A stretch of DNA of 64,000 bases from the human T2T-CHM13v2.0 reference genome, Homo sapiens: assembly GCF_009914755.1 (NCBI RefSeq), contig NC_060933.1; one strand, given 5' to 3'. The position numbers and the translations under genes were made by a program. The notes beneath the pieces are model-generated. The model saw only the letters and a list, made by a program, of their open reading frames with translations. It did no database searches and was not told the origin of the DNA. Shown in pieces: positions 46,004-62,499 of the stretch (position 1 is the stretch's first letter; each line of letters starts with the position of its first letter).

Positions 46004-49000
46004 CTAATACCTAACACAGAGCTGGGGAATGAGTGGGTGCTCGTTAAACATTTGTTAACCAAACAAAAAAGATTTTCTACTAAAGGGCAGTGGTCTAGAA
46101 GTTAATACAAAGGTTTCGGAGTCAGACTTACCTGGAGTTTCACTCCATATCTGCCATTTATTAACTATGTGATCTTAAGCAAGTTATGCTTTCTCATCTG
46201 TCAAATAGTGACAAAATTTCTCATAAGGTAGAGAAGATTAAAGGAGAACATATTCCGTTAAGAGAGTATTTTTGGAAGAAAATGAACTTTGCAGAGGTAA
46301 AGTAGGAAGTAACTTTTTTCACACGACTGCTTTTTGAAAAGTCTCATTTTTAGGTACTAAAATTCCAACACATTAGAATATAAAAATTTTAATTCTCAAG
46401 CAATTTAAACTGTGCTTTCTTCCCCAGCAGGGTTTATATTTTCATCCAGAAACCTGCATTAGGGAAAGAGGGATGCGACTGTCTTCATCTTTGCACCATC
46501 TTATCCATCCTTTTCTGTCTCTGGCTATTGCAGTGTTGATTTGAAGAAGGGAAACGGAAAGGTAAGGTCTCTTTGAAAGATAGAGCTGGTAGAAGTTACA
46601 AATACTGACTCTCTTCTCTTGCGGAACATCATATTGGCCCATTTGAGACCACCTATAGGTAACTATTACTGCATTCTTCCCAGATGAGACTAATTCAAAC
46701 CCTGTCTGATCCCTTAGAGCCCCCTCCCTTACATTGGACATCTGACTGCACCCTTCTAAGCTTCTTCTAGGATTGCCTTACTCTAGCAAGAAATTCTCTT
46801 AGGTGGAATGATTTTCAAGATGACACAGCTCATGTACCATCCTTGGGTCCAAGGAAAGTTAGTCTAAGGAAAACTCATACATTTTTATCCCAACAAATTT
46901 GGTAAATGCAGTCTTCTCTTTCTCAATGCACTGGCAGAAGTTGCACTTGGCCCTTCCCTCAAGCTTTCTTTAAGGCCTTAAGTAATATTTTACACTGCAT
47001 TCTTAGTTTGCAAACATTTTCTTAAACTATCTTTTTGTTACCAGTTTCTAATTTAATAGCATTCTGGCCAGAGAATTTAATCTCTGTGAGGTTACTTCTT
47101 TGAAGTTTTTTAAGATTCATTTTGTAGCCCAATATGTGGCTAAAAAATGGATATACAGATACAGAAATGGACAGTCCCAAAAACAAAATCACGATTTGTA
47201 GAAATTGTGGTATATAACAGTGATGGCATTCTTCAGTGATGAAGAATAGGTAATTCAGTTAAATATAGTGCTATAACTCTACATAAATATTTTAACTTGT
47301 GTTTCATTCACACTATACAGCATTTGAAATCAAAACAACATGCATGGAGTGTAAAACTCCAAGACATAATGTTAACTGGGAAAGGCCCGTTGCAAAATGA
47401 TAGAAAAGTATAACAACAGATATAAAGTTGTAAAACATGCAAGAGAATTCTGTCATTTTTATAAAACATACATAGTGAAATTCTAGAAATATGCAGGAAA
47501 ATAATGAATAGCTTATTTGGGATAGTAGTTTTCTTTAGGAAAAGAGGAAAGAGAAGCAGTTTGGGCTTTAATTGTATCTATAGCAGTCAATTTTTTCAAG
47601 GTAAGAACTGAAACAAAAAAGGGCAAATTTAAGTTTTGTTGAAGTTGGGTGTTTAGTATATGTAGTTCATTGTTTTGGTTCCTATGTATTTTTCTATACT
47701 GTGAAGCTTTTCCTATTAAAATATAAACAATAAAGCCAAGGGTAGCAATGGAGATATAAGACTTTTATTTTCTAGTGGTTTTTATTATTGATGCCTTCTA
47801 AGGTTAAGCATACCTTTCTAACTCAAAATAATATCCACATCACACATTCAGCACCAGGATACTCAAGCTAGTACATTATGGAGAACCCAGAATTAGGTAA
47901 TATCTATCCGAGAACTAAGATAATCAGAGATTTATCTCCAAAACAATTTGCCAAGACCTTATGGAAAAAGAAAAGGTCACAATACTTGTGAATTATAATC
48001 ATCAGGCCTGTGCATTGAGCCATGAAGTTCCCCTAGATGGTCTTTCCCTGACCCCAGGCAGGACCCATGTTTCCAATTATCATTTCTGGTTCTCTGTCTC
48101 ACTATAGCAAGTTCTACAGTGAGCTTCTCATAGCAGCTTTTAGTTTGTGCTGATTGAAGGGATCTAGAGCAGGAGAAAAGTTTACACAGAGCTCCGGAAT
48201 AGAAGGGAGAAATCTTCAGCAAGACTGAGAGATGGAAGGCTCATAACGGACTATATTTCCCCAGCCTCAGAAGCCCAAAATTTAACTAATCATAAGCTTT
48301 GGTTTATGCTACACTACAGTGGTTCGATTATAACCTGCTTGCCTGCTTACTCACTTGGTTTTAAATATTATTATAAACACACATCAACGTACTGTCCAAC
48401 AAAGAAACAACAACATTGATGATAATTCATATCTACTTAGATAGACGTTTTTCATCACCTCCCCGTTACCTCCTGCTTAGGGTAACCAACCTTTAGAATC
48501 TTGAGTTAATCATCTTCTTACTCTTCTTAACATGTTTATATATTATATACGTCTATGATTTTGATACATCTATAGATATTCCAAAAAGAATATTGTCAAG
48601 TTTGAGACGATCTTAAATGTATTAAAGGATAACAAGCTTTAAGTAACTTGAGGTGGACATATCTTTAGATCTCAGCATCATATTACTTCACTGATATTAT
48701 TGGATATAGCTTTGGTTCATTTATTTTTCACTGCTATATAATAGCCCTTTGCATGAACATATCACAATGTATTTATACATTCTCTGTGATATATATTTGG
48801 GTTGTTTACTGATTTCCGTTATACAAAGCATGGGTCTAAGCTTATATAAGTGTATGTTTCTGTGCTTTAAGTTACTAACTTTCATATGTGAGTAAGTTTT
48901 TTGACTTGTCTTTGAATTTCAGATTCCTCAACCATAAAGTGGACATGGGAACTACTTTCACAAAGTTGTTGGAAGAATTAAATAAAATGCCTATTATTGT

Positions 49001-49025
49001 TTAAAAATTATAATTTGTACTTTGT

Positions 49026-49144
49026 AATCTATCAAATTTAATTTCAATATATATTTATATATTGAATCTATCAAATTAAATTTCAATATATATTTATATA
49101 TATTTATTTATATTGAAATTATTCAAGTATAATTTCAATATAAA
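49026..49144. repeat. AT-rich 39-bp tandem duplication with nested palindromes
   Basis: AATCTATCAAATT(T/A)AATTTCAATATATATTTATATA at 49026 and 49065. Perfect 16-bp inverted arms at 49107-49122 and 49129-49144. Confidence 0.9.
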
Positions 49145-50894
49145 GTAATTTACTCCATTTTTGCTTCCAAGGTTATAAATGAACAGTCTTCACCCACACA
49201 CAATGATCTATAACAACAGGAGTAGTAGAACAAGAAGCTAACATTTTTTGAGCCCTTTTAATGTGCCACAAACTGTACGAAGCACTCCACATGCATGATT
49301 TCACGAAACCTGCGGTTCTGTGAGGCAGGTACCATTTCTGATTTTACAAATGGGGAAACTGAAGCATACAGAAATTAAGCAACTTGCTTACTATTGTAGA
49401 ACTAGTCAGTGGCAGAACTGGAATTTTAACACGAAGATTTGGAAATCTTGATCATGGCTTCTCCCAACCCTTCTTCATTTTCCTTCTTTACTATTATTAT
49501 CCACTATCCCCCACCTTCTAGATATTTGCTTTTGTCTAATCTCTATAATACTATAAAATTATTAATTTTATCCTCCTCCCTCCAAGTGGTTATCTCTTTT
49601 CTATATATTTTCCTTACTTCCTCTCCCATTCCCCTCACCATGAAGCCTCCCCAAGAACAAACCAGAAGAACATGTCCAGTTCTAGATCCTGGTCATGATC
49701 AACTTAATGCTGATTATTCTACAGTTCTTGTTGAAAATACAATACCTAATGAAGCCAAGTATATAATGGAGGGCTAATAATATAGTCGAAGGATCCAGAG
49801 AGAATAACAGGGACTGGAAAATAAAAGGAGACAGAAGAAAAGTCAGAGGAAAAGCAGGAAATTTGGTGAAGGGATATGGAGTGGGCGGGAAATGAAGATT
49901 TAGTCACCATGAATCAATCGTATTGGAGATTTTAAACAATTTGTAAGAGCAATTGCCAAAGACTGTTTTCTCACAAAGCACAACTGTTATTTTAAACAGT
50001 GCTTGGCAACTGGAATCTATGCCTCTGGATATACAAGAGAAGAGAGAAGAGAAGGCATGGAGAGAATTGTTCTGAATACTTGAATTTGCCTATGGTTCCC
50101 AGAAACTAATTTTGGCTAGATTAAGTACATCAGGTAGTCACATGATCCAGAAGATAATTCATTTATTTATCCATCCATTTATTGATTAATTCATACGTCC
50201 TACTAATATTTATTTCTTACCAGTGATGGGACATTAAGACACATCATACAAAGACCCTGCCATAAAGAAGTCATAGCATGGAGAGAAAGAAGAATAAATA
50301 TTAGATGCAAAACAGTATAATAAGTGATATAATAAATATAAGCAAACGGGCTTGTGAATCTTATTTGGAGTTGGTCCCATTTCAGACTTAGGTGAGGTCA
50401 GGGATGGAATGAGGTCATGAAAATATTCCTCAGTAGGTAACAAAATCATAACAGGGTATAGTGCATCAAAGCACTTTGGGCTAATATCAAAACTTCCCTC
50501 CATATTACTCAAAGAACAGCTGGCTTTCTGAACAATAGTGGTGAATGTGACATAATGTGTGTGTGCATGTATGTGTATATGTGTGTATAAGCCCTATATA
50601 TGTGACAAATTTTCAAAAAATAATTACTGAAATGTGAATTTACTGTTAATTGAGTGTTTCTTCTAAACCTTTCTTTCTAAAGTTCCATGTTTCCAAAAGT
50701 AATTTTGTGACTTTCTTCAAGAGATAATTGAAAGTCACGGCAAGGGTTAGAGACATAGAAATGAAGACACAATGGAGGAAAGGACAAATGCAGTAGAAAA
50801 CAAAGCAGTCAAAGTGGTGGGGAAAGAGTAAGAATGGAAATGCAGGGTGGAAAGAGAATGCACACTGAATGTGAGAATTCAAAGAGCATAAGGA

Positions 50895-51226
50895 CCCATG
50901 GAAGCAGAGAATAGAATGCTGGTTCCCAGGGAGTGGGGGTTGGGGAGAGGTCATCAAAACATACAAAATTTCACTTAAATAGGAAGAATAAGTTCAAGAG
51001 ACCTTTTATACAACATGGTGACTATAGTTATCAACAATATAGCCTTGAAAATCACTAAGAGTACATTTTGTAGTCTCACCACAAAAATATAAGTATGTGA
51101 GATAATGCACGTGTTAATTAGCTCAATGTAGCCATTTCACAAGGTATGCAAATTCCAACATCATGTTGTATATTATAAATCTATACAAATTTTAATTGTC
51201 AATGAAAAATATAATTTTTTTAAAAA
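50895..51226 (+). mobile_element. L1MA-type 3' end
   Basis: ..ATAGGAAGAATAAGTTCAAGAGA..CAACATGGTGACTATAGTTA.. Confidence 0.8.
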
Positions 51227-51239
51227 AGATCTTTGAAAT

Positions 51240-51610
51240 GAGAAGACAGAGGAGCATAATTGGGGATTAGAATAAAGAAAATGATTAGGGCAGAGATAAT
51301 GAGCAGAAATAAAGATTTTCAGGAAAAGAAGAAGGGCGTGCAGATGATGAGTGAGAGAAGGGTAGGAATGTGGACAGAGTAGAAGGAAAGCAGAAAAGAG
51401 ATGGTTGGAAGTGGTGTAAAGGAAAGAGAAATGAAGGCAGGTATGAAAAATAGAACATCAAGAATGGGAACAGAAAGGAGAAAGGATAGAAAAGGAGGGT
51501 AGAGTGAGGAGCGAGAAGGGAATTGCTATGAAGGCATAAAGGAGAAAAGATGGTGTTCAACAGGAATAGATCCAGAGTGAGAGACAGGTTATTGATAGAG
51601 AAAGACAATA
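51240..51610. repeat. GA-rich low-complexity tract
   Basis: Strong purine skew on the + strand. Confidence 0.7.
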
Positions 51611-52351
51611 ATTTGTCAGGGAAAAACAGGATGGAGAATGAAGGCTAGTTCCCCACCCACACATTCACCTGGCAAGAAAGGACGGCTGTGACTCTGGATT
51701 GTGTGACTCCAGCCTCCTCTTAAACCTCAGAGATCTGGCCATGGTGCTGAAGGACAGACACTCAGCAGACAGAGCAGGAAATCAGGGCTGGTGAGGCTAG
51801 GTGAGATTTAGGAGTTGTGGGGCCCTAGAGATCTTTCCTCTAGAGCCACCTGGGGGGAGGTCAGGTACAATGCCTGCCACCTCACAGATCAGGCAAGCAT
51901 TGACATACTCTCAAGGGAAGGTACTTTTAAGTACCACGAGTCTCTGCCAATGTCTCCATGCCACTGATCCTGTTGGGGTAGAGAAGACAAATCAATCAAT
52001 GCCCAGGTACCCCAGACGACAAACACTTGTGTATCATTACCCTAATCACTCACACAGTCATCACTTTATCTTCTTCCTATGATATAATAAGTAAATCATG
52101 ATGTAATCACCTAAAGCAGGGCTTTGGAGACGAAATTGAATATAATTCTAGGCTATAACACTTATACATTCTGTGAATCTGGCAATTACTTAACATCTCT
52201 GACCTCTAGTCTACTTACATGTAAAGTGCTAATAACATCTAATGTTTTATAAAAGATTTTTGTAAGGACTAGAATATTTTACCTGAAGTGTCGGATATAG
52301 TGCCTGGCATGTACTAAAAGGCTCAAATAATAATTGTTTTTGTTGATAAAA

Positions 52352-55300
52352 GAATGGGGGTGTGGGGCAAGATGGCAGAATAGAAGCCTATACCATTTGT
52401 TCCTCCCCCACCACTCTCACTGGACCACCTAATTTTAACATCTGCACAGAGAAAAGCACTGACACAAGAACCAAAAATCAGGTGAGTAAGCACAGTACCT
52501 GGTTTTAACTCCATATCATGGAAGGCTATTGAGAAGGGCAGGACAGTCTTGAATCTCTGATGCCACCCCTCCCTGACCCCCCAACAGTGGCCATGCTGCA
52601 AGGAGAGAGAATATGTGCACTGTGGGGAGGGAGAGCACAGCAACTGAGGGACTTTACACTGAACTCAGCACTTCCCTGTCACAGCAGAGAATAAAGCCAT
52701 GCTGGACTCAGCTAGTACCTGCACAGGAATGGAGTATTTGGACCAGCACTCGCTGGAGGGGAATCACTCATCCCAGTGGTGAGAACCTGAGTTACTCAGC
52801 AAGCCTCGCCACCATGGGTTGAAGTGTTCTCGGGTCCTAGGTAAACTTTAAAGGCAGTCTAGGACACAAGGACTGCAATTCCTAGGCAACTCCTAGTGCT
52901 AGCCTGGGCTTAAAGCCAGTGAACTAGGGTGGCACGTGACCCAGGGAGACATTAGCTGGCATGGCTAAGGGAAGGCTGGCGCCATACCTCCTCCAAACCC
53001 AGGCAGTGCAGTTTGTAGTAATGAAAGTGACTCCTTCCTTCTGCTTATGGAGAGGAGAATGAAGAGTAAAGAGGACTTTGTCTTGCATCTTGGGTACCAA
53101 CTCAGCCACAGCAGGATAGGGCATTGGGCAGAATTGTAAGGCCCCCATTCCAGGCCCTAGCTCTGGGATGACATATCCTTGGCCAAAAGGGAACCCACTG
53201 TCTTGATGGAAAGAACCTAGTCCTGGCAGGATTCATCATCTGCTGACTAAAGAGCCCTTGGGTCCTGAACAAGCACCAGCAATACCCAGGGAGGACACTG
53301 TGGGCCTTGGGCTCTGAGACATGCTGGCTTCAGAGGAGACCCAGCACATTCCCAGCTGTGGTGGCTGTGAAAAAAGGCTCCACCTGTTTGAGAAAATCAG
53401 AGGGGAAAAGTAAATGGGACTTTGTCTTGCACTCTAGGTACCAGTTCGGCCACAGTAGGGTAAAGCAATAATCAGGCTATTGGGGTCTCTGGGTCCAGGC
53501 CTAGGTTCTTGGATAACATTTCTGGACCTGCTCTGGGCCAGTGGGGAGCTCACAGCCTTGAATGGTGAGTCTCAGGCCTAGCAGCATTCACCACAAGCTG
53601 AAAGAAGAGCCCTTGGGCTTTAAGCAAAACTTGGCAGTGGCCTGGCAGAAGCCCCATGGACCAGTGGTAGTGGTGGCCACAGGAAGAAGTTCCTCTGCCT
53701 GCCATAAGGGGAGGAAGGGGCAGAAAGGACTTTGAATAGTGGTTTGAGTGCCAGCTTAGCCACGGTAGAATAGAACATTAGGTAAATTGCTAAGCTTTTG
53801 AACTCTAATCCCTGGCTTCCAGATAGCATATCTAGACATGCATGGGCCTGGGTAAACTTGTCACCCTGAAGGGAAGGCCCTTGGCACAATCCCAGTGGTG
53901 GTGACCACAGTGGTGTTGGCATCACCACATCCCCAGTTCCAAGTGGCTCAGCAAGAAAGAGAGATAGTCCATATGTTTGGGGAAAAGTAAGAGAAAAGAA
54001 TAAGAGTCTCTGCCTGGTAATCCAGAGAATTCTTGCAGCTATTTTCCAAGACCACCAAGGTGATATCTTTATGAGTCTGTAAAAACCATACCATGATTGG
54101 CCTTAGGGCTCAGGTCCCTTCCCTGGAGAGCTTTCCCAAGGACAGGCACACGCAAGCCCAGACTGTGAAAACTACAATAACTACCTGATTCTTCAATGCC
54201 CAGACACCAGTGAACATCTACAAGCATCAACGTCATCCAAGAAAACATGACCTCACCACATAAATAAGGCACCAGGGACCAGTCCCAGAGAAACAGAGAT
54301 ATATGAACTTTCAGACAAAGAATTCAAAATAGCTGTTTTGAGGAAACTCAAAGAAATTCAAGAAAACACAGAAAAGGAATTCAGAATCATATAAGAATTT
54401 TCACAAAGAGATTGAAATAATTTAAAATAATCAAGCAGAAATTCTAGAGTTGAAAAATACAATCCACATGCTGAAGAATGTATTAAAGTGTCTTAATAGC
54501 AGAACTGATCAAGCAGAACAAAGAACTGGTGAGCTTGAAGATATGCTATTTGAAAATACAGTCAGAGGAGACAAAAGAAAAAAAAACAGAATAAAGCATA
54601 CTATAAGATCTAGAAAATAGCCTCAAGAGGACCAGTTACAGAGTTTTGCTCTTAAAGAGGAGGTAGAAAGAGAGAAAGAGATAGAAAGTTTATTCAAAAG
54701 GAAAATAACAGAGAACTTCACAAACCTAGAGAAAAATATCAACATTCAAGTACAAGAAGGTTATAGAACACTAAGCAGATTTAACACAAAGAAGACTCCC
54801 CCAAGGCATTTAATAATCAAACTTCCAAAGGCCAAGGATAAAAAAAGGATCCTAAAAGAAACAAGAGAAAAAAATAACATATAATGAAGCTCCAATGCAA
54901 CTGGCAGAAGACTTTTCAGTGGAAACCTTACAGGCCAGGAGAGAGTGGCATGATATTTTTAAAGTACTGTAGGAAAAAAAATTTACCCTAGAATAGTATA
55001 GAATAGTATACCCAGTGAAAATATCCATTAAGCATGAAGGAGAAATAAAGATATTCCCAGACAAACAAAAGCTGAGAGATTTCATCAACACTAGACCTGT
55101 CCTACAAGAAATGCTAAAGGGAGTTCTTCAATCTGAAAGAAAAGAATATTAGTGAGTGAGAAGGAATCATCTGAAGGTACAAAACTCACTGGTAATAGTA
55201 AGCACCTAGGAAAAAACACAGATTAGTATAACACTATAATTGTGGTATGTAAACTTCTCTTAAGAGAAAGACTGATGAAACCATCAAAAATAATAACAAC

Positions 55301-56940
55301 AACAACTTTTCAGGAAGTAGGCAGTACAATAAGACATAAAGAGAAACAACAAAAAGTTTAAAAGCGAGGGGAAAAGTTAAAGTGTAGAGTTTTTATTCAT
55401 TTGCTTTTTGTGTGTTTGTTTATGCAATCAGTGTTAAGTTGTCATCAGTTTAAAATGATGGGTTATAAGATAGTATTTGCAAGCCTCGTGGTAACCTCAA
55501 ATCAAAAAACATATAATGGATACACAAAAAACGAAGAGCAAAAAATAAAAGCATACCACCGCTGAAAATCACATTCACTGAAAGGAAGACAAGAAGGAAG
55601 GAAAAAAAGAAAGAGAAGACCACAGAACAGCCAGAAAACAAATTTTAAAATGAAATAAGTCCCCACATATCAATAATAACACTGAGTGTAAATGGATTAA
55701 ACTCTCCAATCAAAAGACATAAAGTGGCTGAATGGATGAAAAAAACACAAGACCCAATAATCTTCTGCCTATAAGAAGTACACTTCACCTATAAAGACAC
55801 ACCTAGGCTGAAAATAAAGGAATGGAAAAAGATATTCCATGCCAATGAAGACCAAAAAAAAAAAGAGCAGGAGTAGCTGTACTTACATCAGACAAAATAG
55901 CCTTCAAGACAAAAACTGTAAGAAGAGACAAAGAATGTCATTATATAATGATAAAAGGATCAATTCAGCAAGAGGATATAACAATTATAAATATATATGC
56001 ACCCAAAACTGGAGTACCCAGATATATAAAGCAAATATTATTAGAGCTAAAGAGAGGGATTCCACTGCAATAACAGCTGGAGAATTCAACACCCTATTTT
56101 CAGCACACCGCTATAATTGTGGTGTGTAAACTTCTCCTAAGTAGAAAGACTAAATGATGAACCAATCAAAAATAATAACTACAGCAACTTTTCAGGACAT
56201 AGCACAATAAGACATAAGGAGAAACAACAAAAAGTTAAAAAGCGAGAGGACAAAGTTAAAGTGTAGAGTTTTTATTCGTTTTCTTTTTGCGTGTTAGTTT
56301 GTTTATGCAATCAGTGTTAGGTTGTCATAAGTTTAAAATGATGGGTTATTGGACAGATCTCTCAGACAGAAAATTAACTAAGAAACACTGGACTTAATCT
56401 GCACTATAAAACAAATTGACCTAATAGATATTTACAAAACATTTCATCCAATGGCTGCAGAAGACACATTCTTCTCTTCAGCACATGGATCATTCTCAAG
56501 GGTAGACCATATGTTAGGTTGCAAAACAAGTCTTAAAACACTCAAAAAATTGAAATAATATCAAGCATCTTCTCTGGCCACAATGGAATAAAACTAGAAA
56601 TCAATAACAGGAGGAATTTTGGAAACTATACAAACACATGGAAATTAAACAAAATGCTCCTGAATGACCAGTGGGTCGATGATAATGGAAACACAACATA
56701 CCAAAACCTATGGGATACAGTGAAAGCATTACTAAGAGGGAACTTTATGGCTATATGTGCATACATCAAAAAAGAGGAAAAACTTTAAATAAATAACCTA
56801 ATGATGCATCTTAAAGAACTAGAAAAGCAAGAGCAAACTGAACCCAAAATTAGTAGAGGAAAAAAAATAATAAAGATAAGAGCAGAAATAAATGAACTTG
56901 AAATAAAGAAAATAATACAAAAGATCAATGAAACAAATAA
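52352..56940 (+). mobile_element. Old L1 (L1MA/L1PB-like) 5' half: long 5'UTR, ORF1, intergenic region and ORF2 EN
   Basis: GGGGCAAGATGGCAGAATAG 5' end, repeated 5'UTR blocks, and degenerate ORF1 and EN sequence; ends abruptly at ~56940. Confidence 0.88.
56106..56348 (+). repeat. ~240-bp copy of 55230-55465 inserted into ORF2 of the same L1
   Basis: Shared AAAGTTAAAGTGTAGAGTTTTTATTC and TTTGTTTATGCAATCAGTGTTA blocks. Flanks TTTTCAGCA|TTGGACAGATC are contiguous L1 ORF2. Confidence 0.92.
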
Positions 56941-57365
56941 TTGTTTTTGTTGCTGCCACTGTTACTGATACAGTAATTGTAGATATTACACAGTCAAAGT
57001 GAATCCAGGTTTTTCAGCTGTTGCTACGATGCACTGTGTGTAACTCAATCCCCATATTTGACTCTGTGCTACAGGAGGGAAGAGGCTGTGATAAATTCAC
57101 ACCTGTACCCACTGACTAGCATGATGCCCAAAGCAAGCACTCAAGAAAGAATGGCTGAATAAATGGACAGTGGGTGACAACCTTTATTTCATTAACCCTA
57201 ATTCCCTAACAAAATGAAATGCTCGATTTTTCCTATCATTCTCCAACAGTGTTTATATATCAAGAGTAAATATGTGTGAAATCAATCCATTTTTTTCTCC
57301 TTATATGCTTTGTTTTCACAATCAGTTAGCTAATGCATTCTCCCAGCTCTGTACCAGGCTAATGA

Positions 57366-59745
<2,380 letters not shown>

Positions 59746-60067
59746 TATATATATAATATATTTATATATAGTCCCACACACTTATAAGGTATTTTAATTC
59801 TAGCAATATCAGTAAGACCAGACACAGTGCTCAGTAGATTAAATCTGGGGGAGGCAGAGACTCAGGCTCATGCTGTCATCTCCAGCAGTAAGAACTATAT
59901 TGGCCTCTGGAGTTCAATGTTTAGAAATATAACTGATAAAATTCCAGAGCCTGCATTTATATGATTTACTTACCATGGCTATTGCAACAAAGAATAACAT
60001 AAAAATGATATCACCTAATTTTAAGGTTATTAAGGAACTCTAGGTACCATTAAAATGGTTTGTCCCA

Positions 60068-60390
<323 letters not shown>

Positions 60391-60498
60391 TTATCCAACA
60401 TTCTTCATAATATATCTGATGAACATTTTAGGTTTAAAGACTAAATTTTTAAAATTAAAACATATTTTATAAAATGTTTTTACTGTTGACTTTTCTAA

Positions 60499-60903
60499 AT
60501 TTAATTTTGTTTTGTTAATTGATACATAATATTTGTACATATTTATGGGGTACATACTGTGATCAATATGTACAATGTATAGTGATCAGATCAGGGTAAT
60601 TAGCATATCCATCATCTCAAACACTTGTCATTTATTTGTGTTGGGAACATTCAATATCCACCTTCTAGCTATTCGAAACTACGTAATGTATTACTGTTAA
60701 CTACAATCATCCTGCAGTGCTATAGAACACTGAACTTATTCTTCCTATATAGCTGTAATTTTGCATTCTTTAACAAGTATCTCTTTACCTTCCTTCCCCC
60801 TAACCTTCCCAGCCTCTAGTGTCCTCTGTTCTACTTTTTATTTCTATGACATCCACTTTTTTTTAGGACAAAGCTGGAGGCATCATACTACCAGACCTCA
60901 AAA
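60499..60903 (-). mobile_element. L1MA 3' end with a ~40-bp inverted ORF2 segment
   Basis: Antisense L1MA 3'UTR to ~60865, then sense GGACAAAGCTGGAGGCATCATACTACCAGACCTCAAAAT. Degenerate TSD at 60481 and 60904. Confidence 0.75.
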
Positions 60904-61134
60904 TATTGTTGATTTTTTTAAGACACAGAAACTTTGATACAACCTTAAGAAAATGATTTAGAGTGAGAAATTAACTCATCACTTTCACTTTTCTGGACTT
61001 ACTAGCTTATTAGCAAAGAAAAGGATGTTTCCTAGTTTGTACATTCCAATTTGCAGAAAAATAAAACCAATTATAACAATTTTTATTTGTTGTGAGTTCA
61101 TTTTTGAAATTATCATTTCAGATATATGTACATC

Positions 61135-61385
61135 AGGGCTTTTGCTCTATCACACAGGCTAGAGTGCAGTGGCACTATCATAGCTCACTGTAATCTCAAA
61201 CTCTTGGCTCAAATGACCCTCCTGCCTCAGCCTCCTGAATAGCTGGGACTACAGCCTCCTGAGTATGCTGTGCCACCACACATTGCTAATTTTTAATTTC
61301 TTTATTGAAGAAAAAAGGTCTTGCTATGTTGCTCAGACTGGTCTCCAACTCCTGGCCTCAAGTGGTCGCCTTGGCCTCCCAAAAT
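61135..61385 (-). mobile_element. Diverged AluJ
   Basis: ..GAGTGCAGTGGCACTATCATAGCTCACTG..GGCCTCCCAAAATGC. Confidence 0.88.
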
Positions 61386-62105
61386 GCATCATTTCTGGTA
61401 TTTTATTTCATTTAAGCATTGTCCAGAAAATTCCATATTAAAATTAGAAATATTTTTCAATATCTGTCATGAGTGAAAACTGAGATACTGTTTTCCTATT
61501 ACTGATTCCAGAAATAACTGTATCAGATACTATTTAATAAAGATTCATATAATATTACAACTTACCTACTTCTAAAAGTCATCAATTAATATTCATTAAA
61601 ATTAATTTTATATGACTGATTGCTAGAAAAGTTTGGGCTAAACATCTGGCTTTATCTGAAACTAGTAAACAGAATCTTGAAATTAGTTAATGTCATTTTG
61701 TTAAAGATTTGTGTGCATTATAGTATCGGCAAAGTCAAAAACCAGGAAGAGATTAGGTTCAGACCTGGACTTAAATTTAAAACCCTCACTTTCAACTCCA
61801 CCGTTATTGATTTAGTTTCACTTAAACCACATCATCTGTTCCATAAATAAGTGTTCTTATTTTGAAATATGTCTGCAATACTTTATTTAATTTGTATCTT
61901 TATTACAGGTTTAGAGTTAAATCTGTATATTGATACATTCATTAGGGCTTAGAATTTTCTGTTCATATATATTCTACTGACTTTAAAATAAAACAGGTTA
62001 ACTCAGGTTCTATGTTTGTTGTTGTTTTTTTTTCATCTTAAAGTAACTGTATAATGCTCAAGTTTGATAACTTCAGCTCCAGATGATTTATCAAGGAATG
62101 ATCCA

Positions 62106-62147
62106 AAATTAACCCTCATTATATTATCTATCTTAAATCCCTGGGGA
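62106..62147. promoter_or_regulatory. Candidate OR regulatory element: O/E (EBF) site with neighbouring homeodomain sites
   Basis: TCCCTGGGGA at 62138-62147, TCATTA (TAATGA) at 62116-62121, and AATTAA at 62107-62112, in apparently non-repeat DNA. Confidence 0.45.
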
Positions 62148-62499
62148 TTGGAAGGATATAGGGGAATAACTTTCATCTCTTGGTTCTTCAACTTGTCTCT
62201 TACGGAATGTAGCTCTCCTATAATCACAGTGGGGAAGTCAAAGCCCCCTGCTCCAAGCTAAGGGTGCCTGTGACACTAGGCTGTAATTTCCACAATGTGG
62301 GATCCACCTGGAGTCCCAGCATTACTGTGCTCAAAGTAACCAGGCACTCAGGACTAAGGCCAGCTAGACTGAGGACTTGGCATCAGCCCAAGATAAACAG
62401 ACAGTCATAAGTGTTTTAAATTGACCAAGATGAAAAGGGACACTTTCCTTGGAGATAGAAAAGGCTCTGAGGAATATGAGAATGTACTGATGATAAAGC

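Noticed and set aside
53060-53780. Dispersed repeats (GGACTTTGTCTTGCA..GGTACCA..GCCACAG) as a novel duplication
   Set aside because: Consistent with the native repeated blocks of old L1 5'UTRs.
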